Source of the DNA: Winogradskyella sp.
Lineage (GTDB): Bacteria > Fidelibacterota > Marinisomatia > Marinisomatales > AB-629-J13
Assembly: GCA_964230865.1 (NCBI GenBank)
Contig: CAXRJK010000110.1
Location: 391-64,390, forward strand
Length of the DNA: 64,000 bases
Direction: 5' to 3'
Both the position numbers and the translations under genes were made by a program. Below the pieces are notes generated by a model, which had not been told where the DNA came from, did no database searches, and worked only from the letters and a program-made list of their open reading frames with translations. Positions 18,627 through 28,821 of this stretch are shown here, one piece after another (the stretch's first letter is position 1; the number at the start of each line of letters is the position of its first letter).

Positions 18627-19820
18627 TTGACTATGTTACAAAATGTGAAAAATGTTATTTTCATGTTATCCATACTTTCTCTTGTTTTGCCTCAAAGAGA
18701 TTATGATGAGGAGCTGGAATATCAAAATAAATCAATCAAATCTTTGAAAAGGGAGATAAAATCTCTGCAAGATAAATTAAAAACAATGTCTGCTCAGGAA
18801 AAATCTTCATCAAATAAAATAATTGCCCTTGAAAAAGAAATATATTTGATAGATAGACTAATCTCTGAGCTGGCCAATGAAGAAAAAAACACAAGAAAAA
18901 TGATTACTGACACAGAGAAAAAACTTACTAATCAGGATGATAGCTTACTGCAATTACGTGAGCGCTATAAAAAAAGAGTTTTAAAGGCCTATATTGATGG
19001 GAGACCATCTGATTTTGATAAATTATTCAGTCCTGTGGCCTGGAGACAGTCTGTTTACAGAAAAGAATACCTTAAAATTATTTCAGCAAAAGACGACAGT
19101 ATCAGAAGATCTATAAAGACCCTTTTAATAGAAATTGGTCAGGATAAATTAAATCTTGAGGCTGGGCTAAGAAAAAATATTTATCTGAACAGAGAAAAAT
19201 CAAAACAGAAAAAAGAGCTAAAACAAAAAAAATATAGCCGTGAAAAACAACTGGCTTCTCTCAAGATAAATAAGGAGGAGATGACAGAATATTTAAAAGA
19301 AAAGTCTAAAGGTCTAAAAGAGTTAGAAGAAATTAGAGTTGCCATTTTAGAGGATAAAGCACGATTTGAAAGGGAAGAGAGAATCCGCAAACAGCAGGAG
19401 GTGTTAAGGTCAAAAAACTTTGCACAGCTTAAAGGACAGCTCCCCTGGCCCATTGATGGAAAAGTTGTTACTAAATTTGGAAGACAATGGAACCCAAAAT
19501 TAAAAACGACGACGGAATATCCAGGGGTTGATATTCGGGGGAAGGTAGATATGCCGGTGCAAACAGTGTTGAATGGGATAGTGGCCACAGTCACATATCT
19601 ACGGGGATATGGAACGACCGTGATCATTGACCACGGAGGAGGTTATTTTACAGTTTACAGCCAACTAAAAACCCTAAAAACCAACGTTAACAGTGAGGTG
19701 CAATCGGGAGACGTGATCGCTTTTTTGGATGAATCAAGTTCAGAGCATGGTGCTGTCCTTCATTTTGAAATTTGGGGAAACGGTCAAAAGCTTGATCCTG
19801 AAAAATGGCTAATAAAATAA
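18627..19820 (+). CDS. Coiled-coil M23 peptidase-domain protein (EnvC-like murein hydrolase activator)
   Basis: Signal peptide, then a long K/E-rich coiled coil. The C-terminal LytM/M23 domain reads GVDIRG...YGTTVIIDHGGGYFTVYSQL...LHFEIW. The start is TTG 18627 or ATG 18633. Confidence 0.85.
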   Translation: MTMLQNVKNVIFMLSILSLVLPQRDYDEELEYQNKSIKSLKREIKSLQDKLKTMSAQEKSSSNKIIALEKEIYLIDRLISELANEEKNTRKMITDTEKKLTNQDDSLLQLRERYKKRVLKAYIDGRPSDFDKLFSPVAWRQSVYRKEYLKIISAKDDSIRRSIKTLLIEIGQDKLNLEAGLRKNIYLNREKSKQKKELKQKKYSREKQLASLKINKEEMTEYLKEKSKGLKELEEIRVAILEDKARFEREERIRKQQEVLRSKNFAQLKGQLPWPIDGKVVTKFGRQWNPKLKTTTEYPGVDIRGKVDMPVQTVLNGIVATVTYLRGYGTTVIIDHGGGYFTVYSQLKTLKTNVNSEVQSGDVIAFLDESSSEHGAVLHFEIWGNGQKLDPEKWLIK

Positions 19821-20947
19821 CAATCCCCGATATCTTAAAAGCTCAGCCCATGGTTTGGGATAAACTTTCTTCCATTTACAATTCTGGAAGAATAGGAACC
19901 GCATACTGTTTTTCCGGACCATCAGGGTGCGGAAAGCAGGGTATGGCTTTAGCGTTCGCAGCCTTGATGAATTGTGAGAATCCTGAAAAATTCCCAGACT
20001 GTAAGTGTCTTTCCTGCACACGATTTAATACTTTACAGCACGAACATTTACATTTGATTGTTCCTTTGCCAGCCTTGTCACAAAACAGTGAGAATACTTT
20101 AGATAGGAAAGGTGTGGATTTTTTTACCAAGGAATTGGAAAAAAAGAGAAACAATTTATTTCATAAGATAAGAATTCCCAAATCAACCCGCATTGTTCTG
20201 CAGTCTATACGCAATTTGAGAAAATCACTTTATTTAAGATCTACATTAAAGGGAAGAAAAACCGCAGTGATTTTTGAATCAGATTTGTTGGGCATCGGTT
20301 CAGGAGAATCTGCAAATGCTCTATTAAAAATTTTGGAAGAACCTCCCCAGTCCACCACCCTAATTTTAGTGACAGATTTTAAAGATAATCTTTTTCCAAC
20401 AATTATTTCCCGCTGTCAACACATTCAATTTCCCTCGCTGGAGGATAATATAGTTGAAGGAATGCTAAAAGAAAAAGGAATTGACGATGAAAAAATTAAA
20501 TGGATTTCATTCCTCTCTGAAGGTAATTTTGTCACAGCTAGTAACATCGCAGATAAAAACTGGGAAGAAATAAACACTTTTTTTGATTTTATTTCAGATT
20601 TTATGGTAGCGGATGACTATAAAAAGCTGTACAAATTTGCGTCCGACTATACAAATTTGTCACGAACCAACACACCTGAATTTCAGTTTCATTTTTATCT
20701 GATTCAGCGTTGGCTTATAGGGGCACTCCACTTGAAAAATGGCATTCATGATAGCCTGACCGAAACGAGCCTTGGTATAGGCATAAACCGATTCTTATCA
20801 CGCTATCCTAGTGTTAATTTATATGAATTAAATATGCTGGTGGATTCAGTGTTAGAAGGCCTTAGTCGGAATGCCAACATGGCACTATTATTAACTAATT
20901 TTATTATTCAACTACAGAAGGAATTAAGCAAAACAAATACATCATGA
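19805..20947 (+). CDS. holB: DNA polymerase III delta-prime subunit
   Basis: P-loop-like GPSGCGKQ, a zinc-module CxxC region (C..CKCLSC), ANALLKILEEPP and the SRC motif (ISRCQ). Confidence 0.8.
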   Translation: MANKITIPDILKAQPMVWDKLSSIYNSGRIGTAYCFSGPSGCGKQGMALAFAALMNCENPEKFPDCKCLSCTRFNTLQHEHLHLIVPLPALSQNSENTLDRKGVDFFTKELEKKRNNLFHKIRIPKSTRIVLQSIRNLRKSLYLRSTLKGRKTAVIFESDLLGIGSGESANALLKILEEPPQSTTLILVTDFKDNLFPTIISRCQHIQFPSLEDNIVEGMLKEKGIDDEKIKWISFLSEGNFVTASNIADKNWEEINTFFDFISDFMVADDYKKLYKFASDYTNLSRTNTPEFQFHFYLIQRWLIGALHLKNGIHDSLTETSLGIGINRFLSRYPSVNLYELNMLVDSVLEGLSRNANMALLLTNFIIQLQKELSKTNTS

Positions 20948-22440
20948 ACTATAAAAAATTTTATGTAACCACTCCCATTTATTATGTAAATGACAAACCC
21001 CATATCGGCCACGCATACACTACTATTTTGGCTGATGTTCTCACCCGGTATCAAAGAAATTCAGGGATGTCATCTTACTTTCTAACTGGTCTAGATGAAC
21101 ACGGACAGAAAGTACAGCAGGCAGCGGAAAAAAGAGATATTGAACCTCAAAAGCATTGTGATGAAATGGCACCAAGGTTCGTGGAGCTGTGGAAAAAGCT
21201 TCACATTTCATATGATGATTTTATTCGAACCACCGAAAAAAGGCATAAGACCATAGTCAGTCAAATTCTCCAGGAGGTATATGAAAAGGGAGATATTTAT
21301 GAAGATGAGTACGAAGGACTTTATTCAGTTTCGGAAGAACGTTTTATTACAGAAAAAGAAGCAGAAAGCGGAGAGTTTCGGGATATCAAAAAGCTCAAGG
21401 AAAAAAATTATTTTTTTAAAATGAGCCACTACCAGCATAAATTAATAGAACATATAAACTCCAATCCGGGATTCATTCAGCCGGAGCATCGAAAAAATGA
21501 AGTGCTTGGATTTCTTCAAAAACCACTGAATGATCTCTGTATCTCACGTCCTAAATCCCGCCTGAACTGGGGAATTGAACTGCCCTTTAATTCAGATTAT
21601 GTAACATATGTCTGGTTCGATGCTCTCATCAATTACATCTCTGCAATTGGGTTTGGAAAAAAAGAAGACGAATTTCGCAAATGGTGGCCTGCCTCCTGTC
21701 ATTTAATTGGAAAGGATATTTTGACCACCCACTGTGTTTATTGGCCCACTATGCTCATGTCCATAGGCGTTGAATTACCAGAGTCTATTTTTGCTCACGG
21801 ATGGTGGCTCAGCGGAGAATCAAAAATGAGCAAGTCGCTGGGCAATGTAATCAATCCAATTGACCTGATTGATGATTACGGTGTAGACCCGGTGAGATAT
21901 TATCTTATGCGGGAGATGGTTCTAGGGCAAGATGCAAAATTCACAATGGACTCTTTTGTAAAGCGCTACAACAGCGACCTAGCCAATGACTTTGGAAACC
22001 TTTTGAGCAGAGTGTCAACGCTAATGAAAAAGAATTACGATGGAAAAATCCCAAAAACCGGTCCTCTCACCATAAGCGAAGAGGAGATTCGTACAACGGG
22101 AGAGTTGTTGATAAGTACAGTGGAGGCAAAAATTTCATCGATGGAAGTGAATGAAGCAATTGAGGAGATTTTACAGTACGTTCGAAGGGTGAACAAATAT
22201 ATGGAGGAAAAAGCTCCCTGGAAACTGGTAAAGGAAGACAAAGAGAGTGCAGGAACCGTATTGTACACAGCCGGCGAAGCCCTGCGTATCAGTGCTGTTT
22301 TACTATCTCCGGTAATGCCTAACAGAACGGAAATTTTATTAGAGGCACTAAATGCAAAAGGGAGAGATTTAAATTGGGGAGGACTAAGACCCGGTAGTGA
22401 ATTGAAAGATCACAAGCCCCTGTTTCCCAGAGTCAAATAG
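20944..22440 (+). CDS. metG: Methionyl-tRNA synthetase (short form without C-terminal tRNA-binding domain)
   Basis: HIGH motif (PHIGHAY) and KMSKS motif (KMSKSLGN). ATGA overlap with holB. Confidence 0.95.
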   Translation: MNYKKFYVTTPIYYVNDKPHIGHAYTTILADVLTRYQRNSGMSSYFLTGLDEHGQKVQQAAEKRDIEPQKHCDEMAPRFVELWKKLHISYDDFIRTTEKRHKTIVSQILQEVYEKGDIYEDEYEGLYSVSEERFITEKEAESGEFRDIKKLKEKNYFFKMSHYQHKLIEHINSNPGFIQPEHRKNEVLGFLQKPLNDLCISRPKSRLNWGIELPFNSDYVTYVWFDALINYISAIGFGKKEDEFRKWWPASCHLIGKDILTTHCVYWPTMLMSIGVELPESIFAHGWWLSGESKMSKSLGNVINPIDLIDDYGVDPVRYYLMREMVLGQDAKFTMDSFVKRYNSDLANDFGNLLSRVSTLMKKNYDGKIPKTGPLTISEEEIRTTGELLISTVEAKISSMEVNEAIEEILQYVRRVNKYMEEKAPWKLVKEDKESAGTVLYTAGEALRISAVLLSPVMPNRTEILLEALNAKGRDLNWGGLRPGSELKDHKPLFPRVK

Positions 22441-22441
22441 G

Positions 22442-22885
22442 CTAGCTCCCCCAAATATACCAAAATAAAAAAGAAGCCATTATTCCAAGAGGATAACCAA
22501 GTGGTACTATTTTACGCCCCCCGATTTTTACCCATGGATAGTAATCTGTAAATTCAGACCAGAACTCCCTAAACTTCACAGCAGGGTTTACAATAAAATA
22601 GACAAAATCTTCTATAACCAACCCTGAGAGATAAGCACTCATAAGTATACCAAATAACTTTGTATCCCACCCGAAAATGACAAGAGGAAGAAACAAGAAC
22701 AATGGAAGCATCACAATAAATAGATAAAAATGGTAGGCGGGATAAACGTATCCACCCGGCAGTTTTATCTGCCAGCCCAGCTTACGGTGGTGCCATGGGT
22801 TCCGCCCTTCTACATAACCTTCTACAAAAGAAAGGGCAGTCATGGCAAGCCAGACACAAAGAAATATTTTAGCGACAGGGTACAC
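22442..22885 (-). CDS. Small polytopic membrane protein, unknown function
   Basis: 147 aa with about 4 hydrophobic helices, rich in aromatic residues. No recognisable motif. Confidence 0.5.
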   Translation of the reverse strand: MYPVAKIFLCVWLAMTALSFVEGYVEGRNPWHHRKLGWQIKLPGGYVYPAYHFYLFIVMLPLFLFLPLVIFGWDTKLFGILMSAYLSGLVIEDFVYFIVNPAVKFREFWSEFTDYYPWVKIGGRKIVPLGYPLGIMASFLFWYIWGS

Positions 22886-23002
22886 AATTGAAATTTAGCA
22901 AATTAACAAATTTATTATATTGTTTTTATTTTTTATCTGATCCTTACTAAAAAGTATATTGCACTGTGTTTTTGATTTGCTCAATCTACTGCACCGCATC
23001 TT

Positions 23003-24238
23003 TTAGAGTTCTGTTTTTATAAAATACAATGTAACACTAAAAGACAGGATAAAATAAAAACCCATTATAATTGAAACGTAATTCGGTGAATTAAACCATG
23101 TTAAGTCGCTTATTATAATCAGAGCCATTCCTATAATGAGTTTAATTCCTTCAGAATACATTCCAAAGTTGCTTTTATCTAAAAGGGAGGTATAGCCAAA
23201 AACATGGAGAACCAAAAATAATGCATAAAGTAAAATAGCAGGTGTACTATTGAAAGAGATGATAAAGAACAAATGAAACATGAGCCCTAATCCAATGAAC
23301 ATTTGCGTCCAAGACCAAAAGATTAGCCGGCGGGAGTTTTCGGTTTCATATTTAATTTGTTTCCGTGAAATTTCGATGCTTTTAATTGGATATTTATTAG
23401 AAACATCTTCTGGCCTCCACCCTGTAGGCATAAACCAGATTTTAAATTTGTCCAATAAGTTTTCAGTGCGTATAGCATCCTTTATCAACTGCCAGAGGTG
23501 TTTAAAATTGATGAGTATGGGGTTCCAGGTATCTGCGGGCCTAAGAATACCATAGACAGGCTTTACATCCGGTAGTTCCGACTGAAATGACCCAAACAAC
23601 TTGTCCCAAATAATAAATATCTGACTGTAGTTTTTATCAATATATTCGGGATTAATAGCATGGTGAACCCGGTGATGGGACGGAGTAACGATGACCTTTT
23701 CAAGCCAGCCCATTTTATCAATTAGACGAGTGTGATACCAGAACTGCATAAATAAGTGAATTGGGCCAATTACGGTAAAAATGTGCTGTGGAATTCCAAG
23801 GAGAGCTGCTGGAATCATAAAAACAGCTGCGAATTTCACTGTGTCAGAGATGGACTGTCGTAGAGCGCAGGAGAGGTTAAATTCCTCACTGCTGTGGTGG
23901 ATGATATGGCGGTTCCAAAAAATATTCACCCTATGGTTCAGTCTGTGGATCCAATAGCCAGCAAAATCCTCAATCACAAATGCTATGAGCACAGCCAGCC
24001 ACATTGGCTCAAGTTTGTAGATGGTTAGGTTGTTCACAAGCCACGAATAACTGATGAGTATAAACCCAAAATTTATTCCGTTTCGGAGGGTATTGGTTGC
24101 ACCTGAGCTTAGGCTTGAAATCATATCAGCAGGATGGTTGACCTTAATTCCCATTCTCCCTGCTGCTATAGCTTCAATTCCTATCAAAAGCAGAAAGATA
24201 GGAATGGCGAACATAAGAGATATGACATAGAAACTCAT
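23003..24238 (-). CDS. Fatty-acid hydroxylase/sterol desaturase superfamily enzyme, alkylglycerol-monooxygenase-like, with extra C-terminal TM domain
   Basis: Di-iron histidine boxes are present: HRLNH, HIIHHSSEEFNLSCALRQS, HHRVHH. About 120 extra C-terminal residues form roughly 4 TM helices. The HHSSE(D/E)(Y/F)NLS.ALRQS block resembles eukaryotic AGMO/TMEM195, from memory. Confidence 0.75.
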   Translation of the reverse strand: MSFYVISLMFAIPIFLLLIGIEAIAAGRMGIKVNHPADMISSLSSGATNTLRNGINFGFILISYSWLVNNLTIYKLEPMWLAVLIAFVIEDFAGYWIHRLNHRVNIFWNRHIIHHSSEEFNLSCALRQSISDTVKFAAVFMIPAALLGIPQHIFTVIGPIHLFMQFWYHTRLIDKMGWLEKVIVTPSHHRVHHAINPEYIDKNYSQIFIIWDKLFGSFQSELPDVKPVYGILRPADTWNPILINFKHLWQLIKDAIRTENLLDKFKIWFMPTGWRPEDVSNKYPIKSIEISRKQIKYETENSRRLIFWSWTQMFIGLGLMFHLFFIISFNSTPAILLYALFLVLHVFGYTSLLDKSNFGMYSEGIKLIIGMALIIISDLTWFNSPNYVSIIMGFYFILSFSVTLYFIKTEL

Positions 24239-24240
24239 TT

Positions 24241-25956
24241 TTATGGAATCTTACCTACATAAAAGTTAAACAGTAAATCCTGACCAAAGTCTGGTTTAAA
24301 TTCATGGATAGTATCGCCTGAGGTGGTTAAGAATCTTATTTGTCCGTTTATTCCGACCTTTTCCGGTGCGCTGTTTCTGTACCACCAGTGTCTGGAGATA
24401 CCATCTTCCATGTCATCTTTGAACAAAAATTGATAGAAGCCTTTTTTCAGCTCTATTGGAAAATAATATTCAGTGGAATCTTTGAAACTATCTTCTGCAA
24501 AAAGTACTCTTCCTTTTACATCAGATAGGGTGAAGGAGTTTTCCTGCGCTCTGTTCACATTGTTTGTATGGATATAGAGAGTGAACTCATGGGGGAATTC
24601 TTTCGGTAGTGGTACCGTGGATGTAAGTCTATTGTTTTGGGGGTTTTCATCCTTTTGATCATTGGGGCGTTTTGCCAGAACTTCAAAAGATTGATTTTTC
24701 TTTAATCCTTTCCACTGTGGTATAGAAAGAACTATCTCTTCTTCTTCAAGAAACAATAGATTTCCTGACCAATTATAAATTGATTTTTTTCCATTTTTCA
24801 GTCCGTAATGAAATTTCACAGTTTTTAGATCATACTCACCGGAATTTCTGATGAGAACCCTTGGGTTGGCTAATGTTGGATTGATCCGACTGTATTTATC
24901 TTCACTGCTGGGTGCAATTATCTCTACAATTTCAACGTCATTTTTAAAGTTAGGTTTTCCGTAACTGACGAGCTGGTGAGACATGCGGAGGTTTCCGTTT
25001 CTTTCTCCGTTGTCAAAATAATTTTGAACGCTGTAATCCAGATAAATTGTATCTCCGGGGTTTACATAGGGAGTCAGCTCAAATTCGTATTCATCCACTT
25101 TGGTACCCGGACACCAACCGGCCCTGTCAAAGGGCCAAGTTCCGCCTTGAGGATAAATAGGATTATTCCCGCAGTCCTTCCACACATTCCAACGAAAGAC
25201 TTCCCAGTTGTTTAGGTACCAGGTGTGGGTTTTGCTGTCCCACTCACAGCAGTTGCGTGGACCCTCATGGCCATGTCCGGAAATGACAGATTTAATTTTA
25301 TATCCTGAAGCATCAGCGTTAAGTATGATCTTCTTTTTTGTAAAAACAGAGTCATCGGCAAGTTCTTTATATTTATAATTTCCATAGGGATAAATATTTT
25401 CTACGCTCAAAATATTCCTCTCAGGTTCTCCGCTGATGAACAAGAATTTCAGATCCAGTAATTCCTGATTGTTACCTACGATGAGTTCACGGTTTCCTCT
25501 TAGGATGGGAGCATAGTCCGTCATATCATATGTCCATTCCCAGCCCTCTTCTCCTCCAAGGAAAAGGCGTTTTCCATAGGGAGTGACAAAACTGCCAATG
25601 CTGAAAGTTTCAGTTGTGTCGCTCTCCGGATTATTAATAAATGTATTCCAAATGTAATCCCATTCCCCGCAGGGATATTTATCGCCTTTGGTTAGAGAGT
25701 CGCACTTTAAAGTCTGAACCATGGTGATCTTTGACCAATTTTCTTCAGTTTTAGGAAATTGAACTCTGGTTTTATATTGGGCGTTCCATCCTTCCGGGCT
25801 GGGTGTTTCAAATGTGATTGGATGCAGTGTTAGAGTGTCAGCACCGGAGGAAGAGGATAGTTGTTCTTCTGTAATGCCGGAACAGCTCATCATGATAAAG
25901 GCATAGGATAAGAATAACCATACTTTAATTAACACTGAATAATATATTATTTTCAC
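24241..25956 (-). CDS. Lipoprotein with PNGase-F-like (peptide-N-glycosidase F-related) domains
   Basis: Lipobox FIMMSC. The blocks ITMVQTLKCD...CGEWDY and SGHGHEGPRNCCEWDSKTH...GWCPG resemble the two jelly-roll domains of PNGase F family proteins (GHG...CxEF/W). The assignment is from memory, with no search done. Confidence 0.45.
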   Translation of the reverse strand: MKIIYYSVLIKVWLFLSYAFIMMSCSGITEEQLSSSSGADTLTLHPITFETPSPEGWNAQYKTRVQFPKTEENWSKITMVQTLKCDSLTKGDKYPCGEWDYIWNTFINNPESDTTETFSIGSFVTPYGKRLFLGGEEGWEWTYDMTDYAPILRGNRELIVGNNQELLDLKFLFISGEPERNILSVENIYPYGNYKYKELADDSVFTKKKIILNADASGYKIKSVISGHGHEGPRNCCEWDSKTHTWYLNNWEVFRWNVWKDCGNNPIYPQGGTWPFDRAGWCPGTKVDEYEFELTPYVNPGDTIYLDYSVQNYFDNGERNGNLRMSHQLVSYGKPNFKNDVEIVEIIAPSSEDKYSRINPTLANPRVLIRNSGEYDLKTVKFHYGLKNGKKSIYNWSGNLLFLEEEEIVLSIPQWKGLKKNQSFEVLAKRPNDQKDENPQNNRLTSTVPLPKEFPHEFTLYIHTNNVNRAQENSFTLSDVKGRVLFAEDSFKDSTEYYFPIELKKGFYQFLFKDDMEDGISRHWWYRNSAPEKVGINGQIRFLTTSGDTIHEFKPDFGQDLLFNFYVGKIP

Positions 25957-26048
25957 TTTTAAAAGTTATAAATAGTTTTTTGGTTTAATCCTCTTGTTTT
26001 TACGCATTATTTTCAATTCCAAATTTAATATGAATAATCTAATAAATA

Positions 26049-26807
26049 ATGCTCACCGATACACATTGCCATTTATACTACCAAGACTTAAAGAATAATC
26101 TACCAGAGATAATCCAACGGGCAGAAAGTTTAGGCGTAAGTCGGTTTATTTGTGTTGGGACAAATATGACTGACTCTTTGGAATGTCAAAAATTATCAGA
26201 ACAATATGATCAAATCTATTTTTCTGCTGGTGTTCACCCACACGATTCAAAAGATGCATCCGATGATTATTTAGATCAGATCAAAAATTTTTCTCATTAT
26301 GATAAAATGGTTGCAGTTGGAGAAATGGGATTGGATTATTTCAGAAACATCTCTCCACCTGAGATTCAAAAACAAATATTACGAGAACAAATGCAACTAG
26401 CGGATGAATTGGAAAAACCGGTTATCTTTCATAACAGGGATGCTGATGAAGATGTTATTAAGGTCTTGAAAGAATTTCCTGATGTTGTAGGTGTTGCACA
26501 TTGTTTTTCAAGCAATTTAGAAACCGCAAATACATTTTTAGATATGGGATATTACATTTCATTTTCTGGAAACTTAACATTTAAAAACAGCCATTTGCCT
26601 GATGTAGCAAAAGAAATTCCCTTGGATAGGGTACTAGTTGAAACAGACTCTCCATTTTTAAGTCCTGCTCCCTTCAGAGGTAAGCAAAATGAACCAGGAA
26701 GAACCCGGTTTGTAGCAGAAAAACTTGCCGAAATTCATGATTTGACCTTAAAAGAGATAGCAGAGAATACCTCTAAAAATACAGACACACTTTTTCGAAT
26801 AAATTAA
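26049..26807 (+). CDS. TatD-family metal-dependent hydrolase/DNase
   Basis: N-terminal DTHCHL, internal GEMGLDY, HCFS and a C-terminal ETDSPFL. Confidence 0.9.
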   Translation: MLTDTHCHLYYQDLKNNLPEIIQRAESLGVSRFICVGTNMTDSLECQKLSEQYDQIYFSAGVHPHDSKDASDDYLDQIKNFSHYDKMVAVGEMGLDYFRNISPPEIQKQILREQMQLADELEKPVIFHNRDADEDVIKVLKEFPDVVGVAHCFSSNLETANTFLDMGYYISFSGNLTFKNSHLPDVAKEIPLDRVLVETDSPFLSPAPFRGKQNEPGRTRFVAEKLAEIHDLTLKEIAENTSKNTDTLFRIN

Positions 26808-26850
26808 ATATAATTATAGAAGAGAAAATTAATTTATAAGGATTAACATA

Positions 26851-27615
26851 TTGACAAAGTATTCTCATCCATTCAGAAAAAAATGGGGCCAAAACTTTCT
26901 TGCAGATCAGAATCTGTTGAACAGAATAGTACGCACAATTCAACCACAAGGGGAGGATTCAATTTTAGAGATAGGACCAGGTGAAGGTGCACTAACTGAA
27001 TTAATCTTACCCTATGTTAATGAAATGGCTAGTGTAGAAATTGACCCACTGTTAATTGATTACTTAGGCAAAAAGTCTAATTTCAAGGACCTTTCACTAG
27101 TTCATGGAGATATTCTTCAGCAGAGCATTGAAGACCTTCCAATTTCCAATCCTGTTCGGATTGTGGGAAACATACCTTATAACATCACCTCACCGATTGT
27201 CTTCTGGCTAATTGAACAGCTAGACTTTTGGAGCGACGCTTTCATTATGATGCAGAAAGAGGTAGCAAAGCGATTTTCTGCCGAACCCTACACAAAAGAC
27301 TATGGAAGACTCACAGTGGTAACGGGGGTATATTTAGATACAAGATATTGTTTTAAAATTCCTCCTGATGTATTTATTCCCAAACCAAAAGTAGATTCCG
27401 CTTTTGTACACTTCACAAAAAAAAGCAACCCTATCATTTCTGATGAAAAATATATAAAATTTAATAAATTGGTGACAGCTGCTTTTTCACAGAGACGAAA
27501 GATGTTGAAAAACACATTAAAAGGGTTTGGTATACTTCAGGAAGCCTACCCCAAAATTGATTTGAACCGGAGACCTGAAACTCTTACCATAGAAGAGTTT
27601 GCCTCTTTGATTTAA
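26851..27615 (+). CDS. rsmA: 16S rRNA (adenine1518/1519-N6)-dimethyltransferase
   Basis: KKWGQNFL motif, SAM-binding EIGPGEGALT, and NIPYNITSP. TTG start. Confidence 0.9.
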   Translation: MTKYSHPFRKKWGQNFLADQNLLNRIVRTIQPQGEDSILEIGPGEGALTELILPYVNEMASVEIDPLLIDYLGKKSNFKDLSLVHGDILQQSIEDLPISNPVRIVGNIPYNITSPIVFWLIEQLDFWSDAFIMMQKEVAKRFSAEPYTKDYGRLTVVTGVYLDTRYCFKIPPDVFIPKPKVDSAFVHFTKKSNPIISDEKYIKFNKLVTAAFSQRRKMLKNTLKGFGILQEAYPKIDLNRRPETLTIEEFASLI

Positions 27616-27637
27616 AATATAGATGAATTATAATAAT

Positions 27638-27669
27638 TTTGTTCTTTACTAAAAGAATTATTATATTTG
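27638..27669 (+). promoter_or_regulatory. Candidate Bacteroidota-type sigma-A promoter (TTTG-N20-TATATTTG) upstream of the sigma factor gene
   Basis: TTTG lies at 27638-27641 and TATATTTG at 27662-27669, a match to TAnnTTTG with a 20-nt spacer. It sits about 34 nt upstream of ATG 27703. Confidence 0.4.
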
Positions 27670-27702
27670 CCGACTTTTCTATAAGGGAAAATATAAAAAA
27701 AT

Positions 27703-28557
27703 ATGGCAAAAGTAACGAAAGCAGTTAATGAGTCCAATCGGAGTTTGAGCCGGTATCTCGAAGAGATTGGAAGGTATGAACCACTTCATCCTGACCGGGA
27801 AGTTGAGCTAGCTCAACAGATTAAAAAGAACGACCGTCGTGCATTAAAAGAGCTAGTGCAGGCCAATCTACGGTTTGTAGTCTCTGTTGCTAAAGATTAT
27901 CAGGGGCAGGGTCTACCCTTGACTGACTTGATAAACGAGGGTAATTTAGGATTAATAAAAGCAGCAGGAAGGTTTGATGAAACAAGAGGATTCAAATTTA
28001 TTTCCTATGCAGTTTGGTGGATTCGCCAGTCTATTTTGCAAGCGCTAGCAGAGCACTCCAGAATTGTTCGTCTCCCGTTAAATCGAGTGGGGACCATCAG
28101 TAAGATTACCAAAACCGCACAGAAGATTGAAGCAGAAATTGAGAGAACTCCTAATGAAGAAGAATTAGGTCGCCAACTCGAGATGACACCGGAAGAAATT
28201 TTGGATGCAATGAGGATTTCAAGACGCCATCAGTCTTTGAATGCTCCATTCAGGGAAGGTGAAAAAAATGCACTTTTGGATGTAATCGAGGATGAAAACC
28301 AATTATCACCTGATACTAATTTAATGGGTGAATCGCTTAAAGATGAAATTCGCCAATCACTCACAACGCTCCAAAAACGTGAGAGAGATGTGATTCAGAT
28401 GTATTTTGGAATTGATATGGATTATGCCCTTACTCTCAATGAAATTGGGGAGGAGTTTAATCTGACCAGGGAGCGGGTTAGACAGATAAAAGAAAAAGCG
28501 ATACGAAGGCTGCGCCACAGGTCACGCAGTAAAATTTTAAGAACATATCTCGGTTAG
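27703..28557 (+). CDS. rpoD: RNA polymerase sigma-70 family factor, probable primary sigma (short, lacks region 1.1)
   Basis: Regions 2-4 are present: [69 protein letters not shown]. The 284-aa length matches Bacteroidota-type SigA. Confidence 0.85.
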   Translation: MAKVTKAVNESNRSLSRYLEEIGRYEPLHPDREVELAQQIKKNDRRALKELVQANLRFVVSVAKDYQGQGLPLTDLINEGNLGLIKAAGRFDETRGFKFISYAVWWIRQSILQALAEHSRIVRLPLNRVGTISKITKTAQKIEAEIERTPNEEELGRQLEMTPEEILDAMRISRRHQSLNAPFREGEKNALLDVIEDENQLSPDTNLMGESLKDEIRQSLTTLQKRERDVIQMYFGIDMDYALTLNEIGEEFNLTRERVRQIKEKAIRRLRHRSRSKILRTYLG

Positions 28558-28563
28558 AGGAGG
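28558..28563 (+). promoter_or_regulatory. Strong Shine-Dalgarno (AGGAGG within GAGGAGGAAAG) for rpsU
   Basis: A perfect AGGAGG lies 8 nt upstream of the TTG start at 28572. It is the strongest SD I found in the window. Confidence 0.5.
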
Positions 28564-28571
28564 AAAGCCAA

Positions 28572-28766
28572 TTGATTGAAGTAACAGTAAAGGATGGAGA
28601 GCAGATAGAACACGCCCTGAGACGCTTTAAAAAGAAATGGGAGCGTGCGGGAGTACTGCGTGAATTAAGAAGAAAAGCATTTTACATTAAGCCCAGCGTT
28701 ATTAAACGAGTGGAGCGGGAAAAAACAATGCGCAGAGTTGCGAGATTATCCAGAATATATCGTTAA
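28572..28766 (+). CDS. rpsU: 30S ribosomal protein bS21
   Basis: 64-aa basic protein [42 protein letters not shown]..., a typical S21 sequence. TTG start. Confidence 0.9.
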   Translation: MIEVTVKDGEQIEHALRRFKKKWERAGVLRELRRKAFYIKPSVIKRVEREKTMRRVARLSRIYR

Positions 28767-28790
28767 GAATAAAAAGAAATTCTGTTTTGA

Positions 28791-28821
28791 AAAAGGCTCG
28801 GTGTTCCAACCGAGCCTTTTT
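28791..28821 (+). terminator. Rho-independent terminator after rpsU
   Basis: A perfect 12-bp stem pairs AAAAGGCTCGGT (28791-28802) with ACCGAGCCTTTT (28809-28820). The loop is GTTCCA and a T5 run ends at 28821. Confidence 0.8.

Noticed and set aside
18622-18629. TAACTTTG -7-like box as the promoter of the EnvC-like gene.
   Set aside because: It overlaps the proposed TTG/ATG start codons. Using it as a promoter would remove the n-region of the signal peptide. I keep it only as a motif occurrence, not as an annotated promoter.
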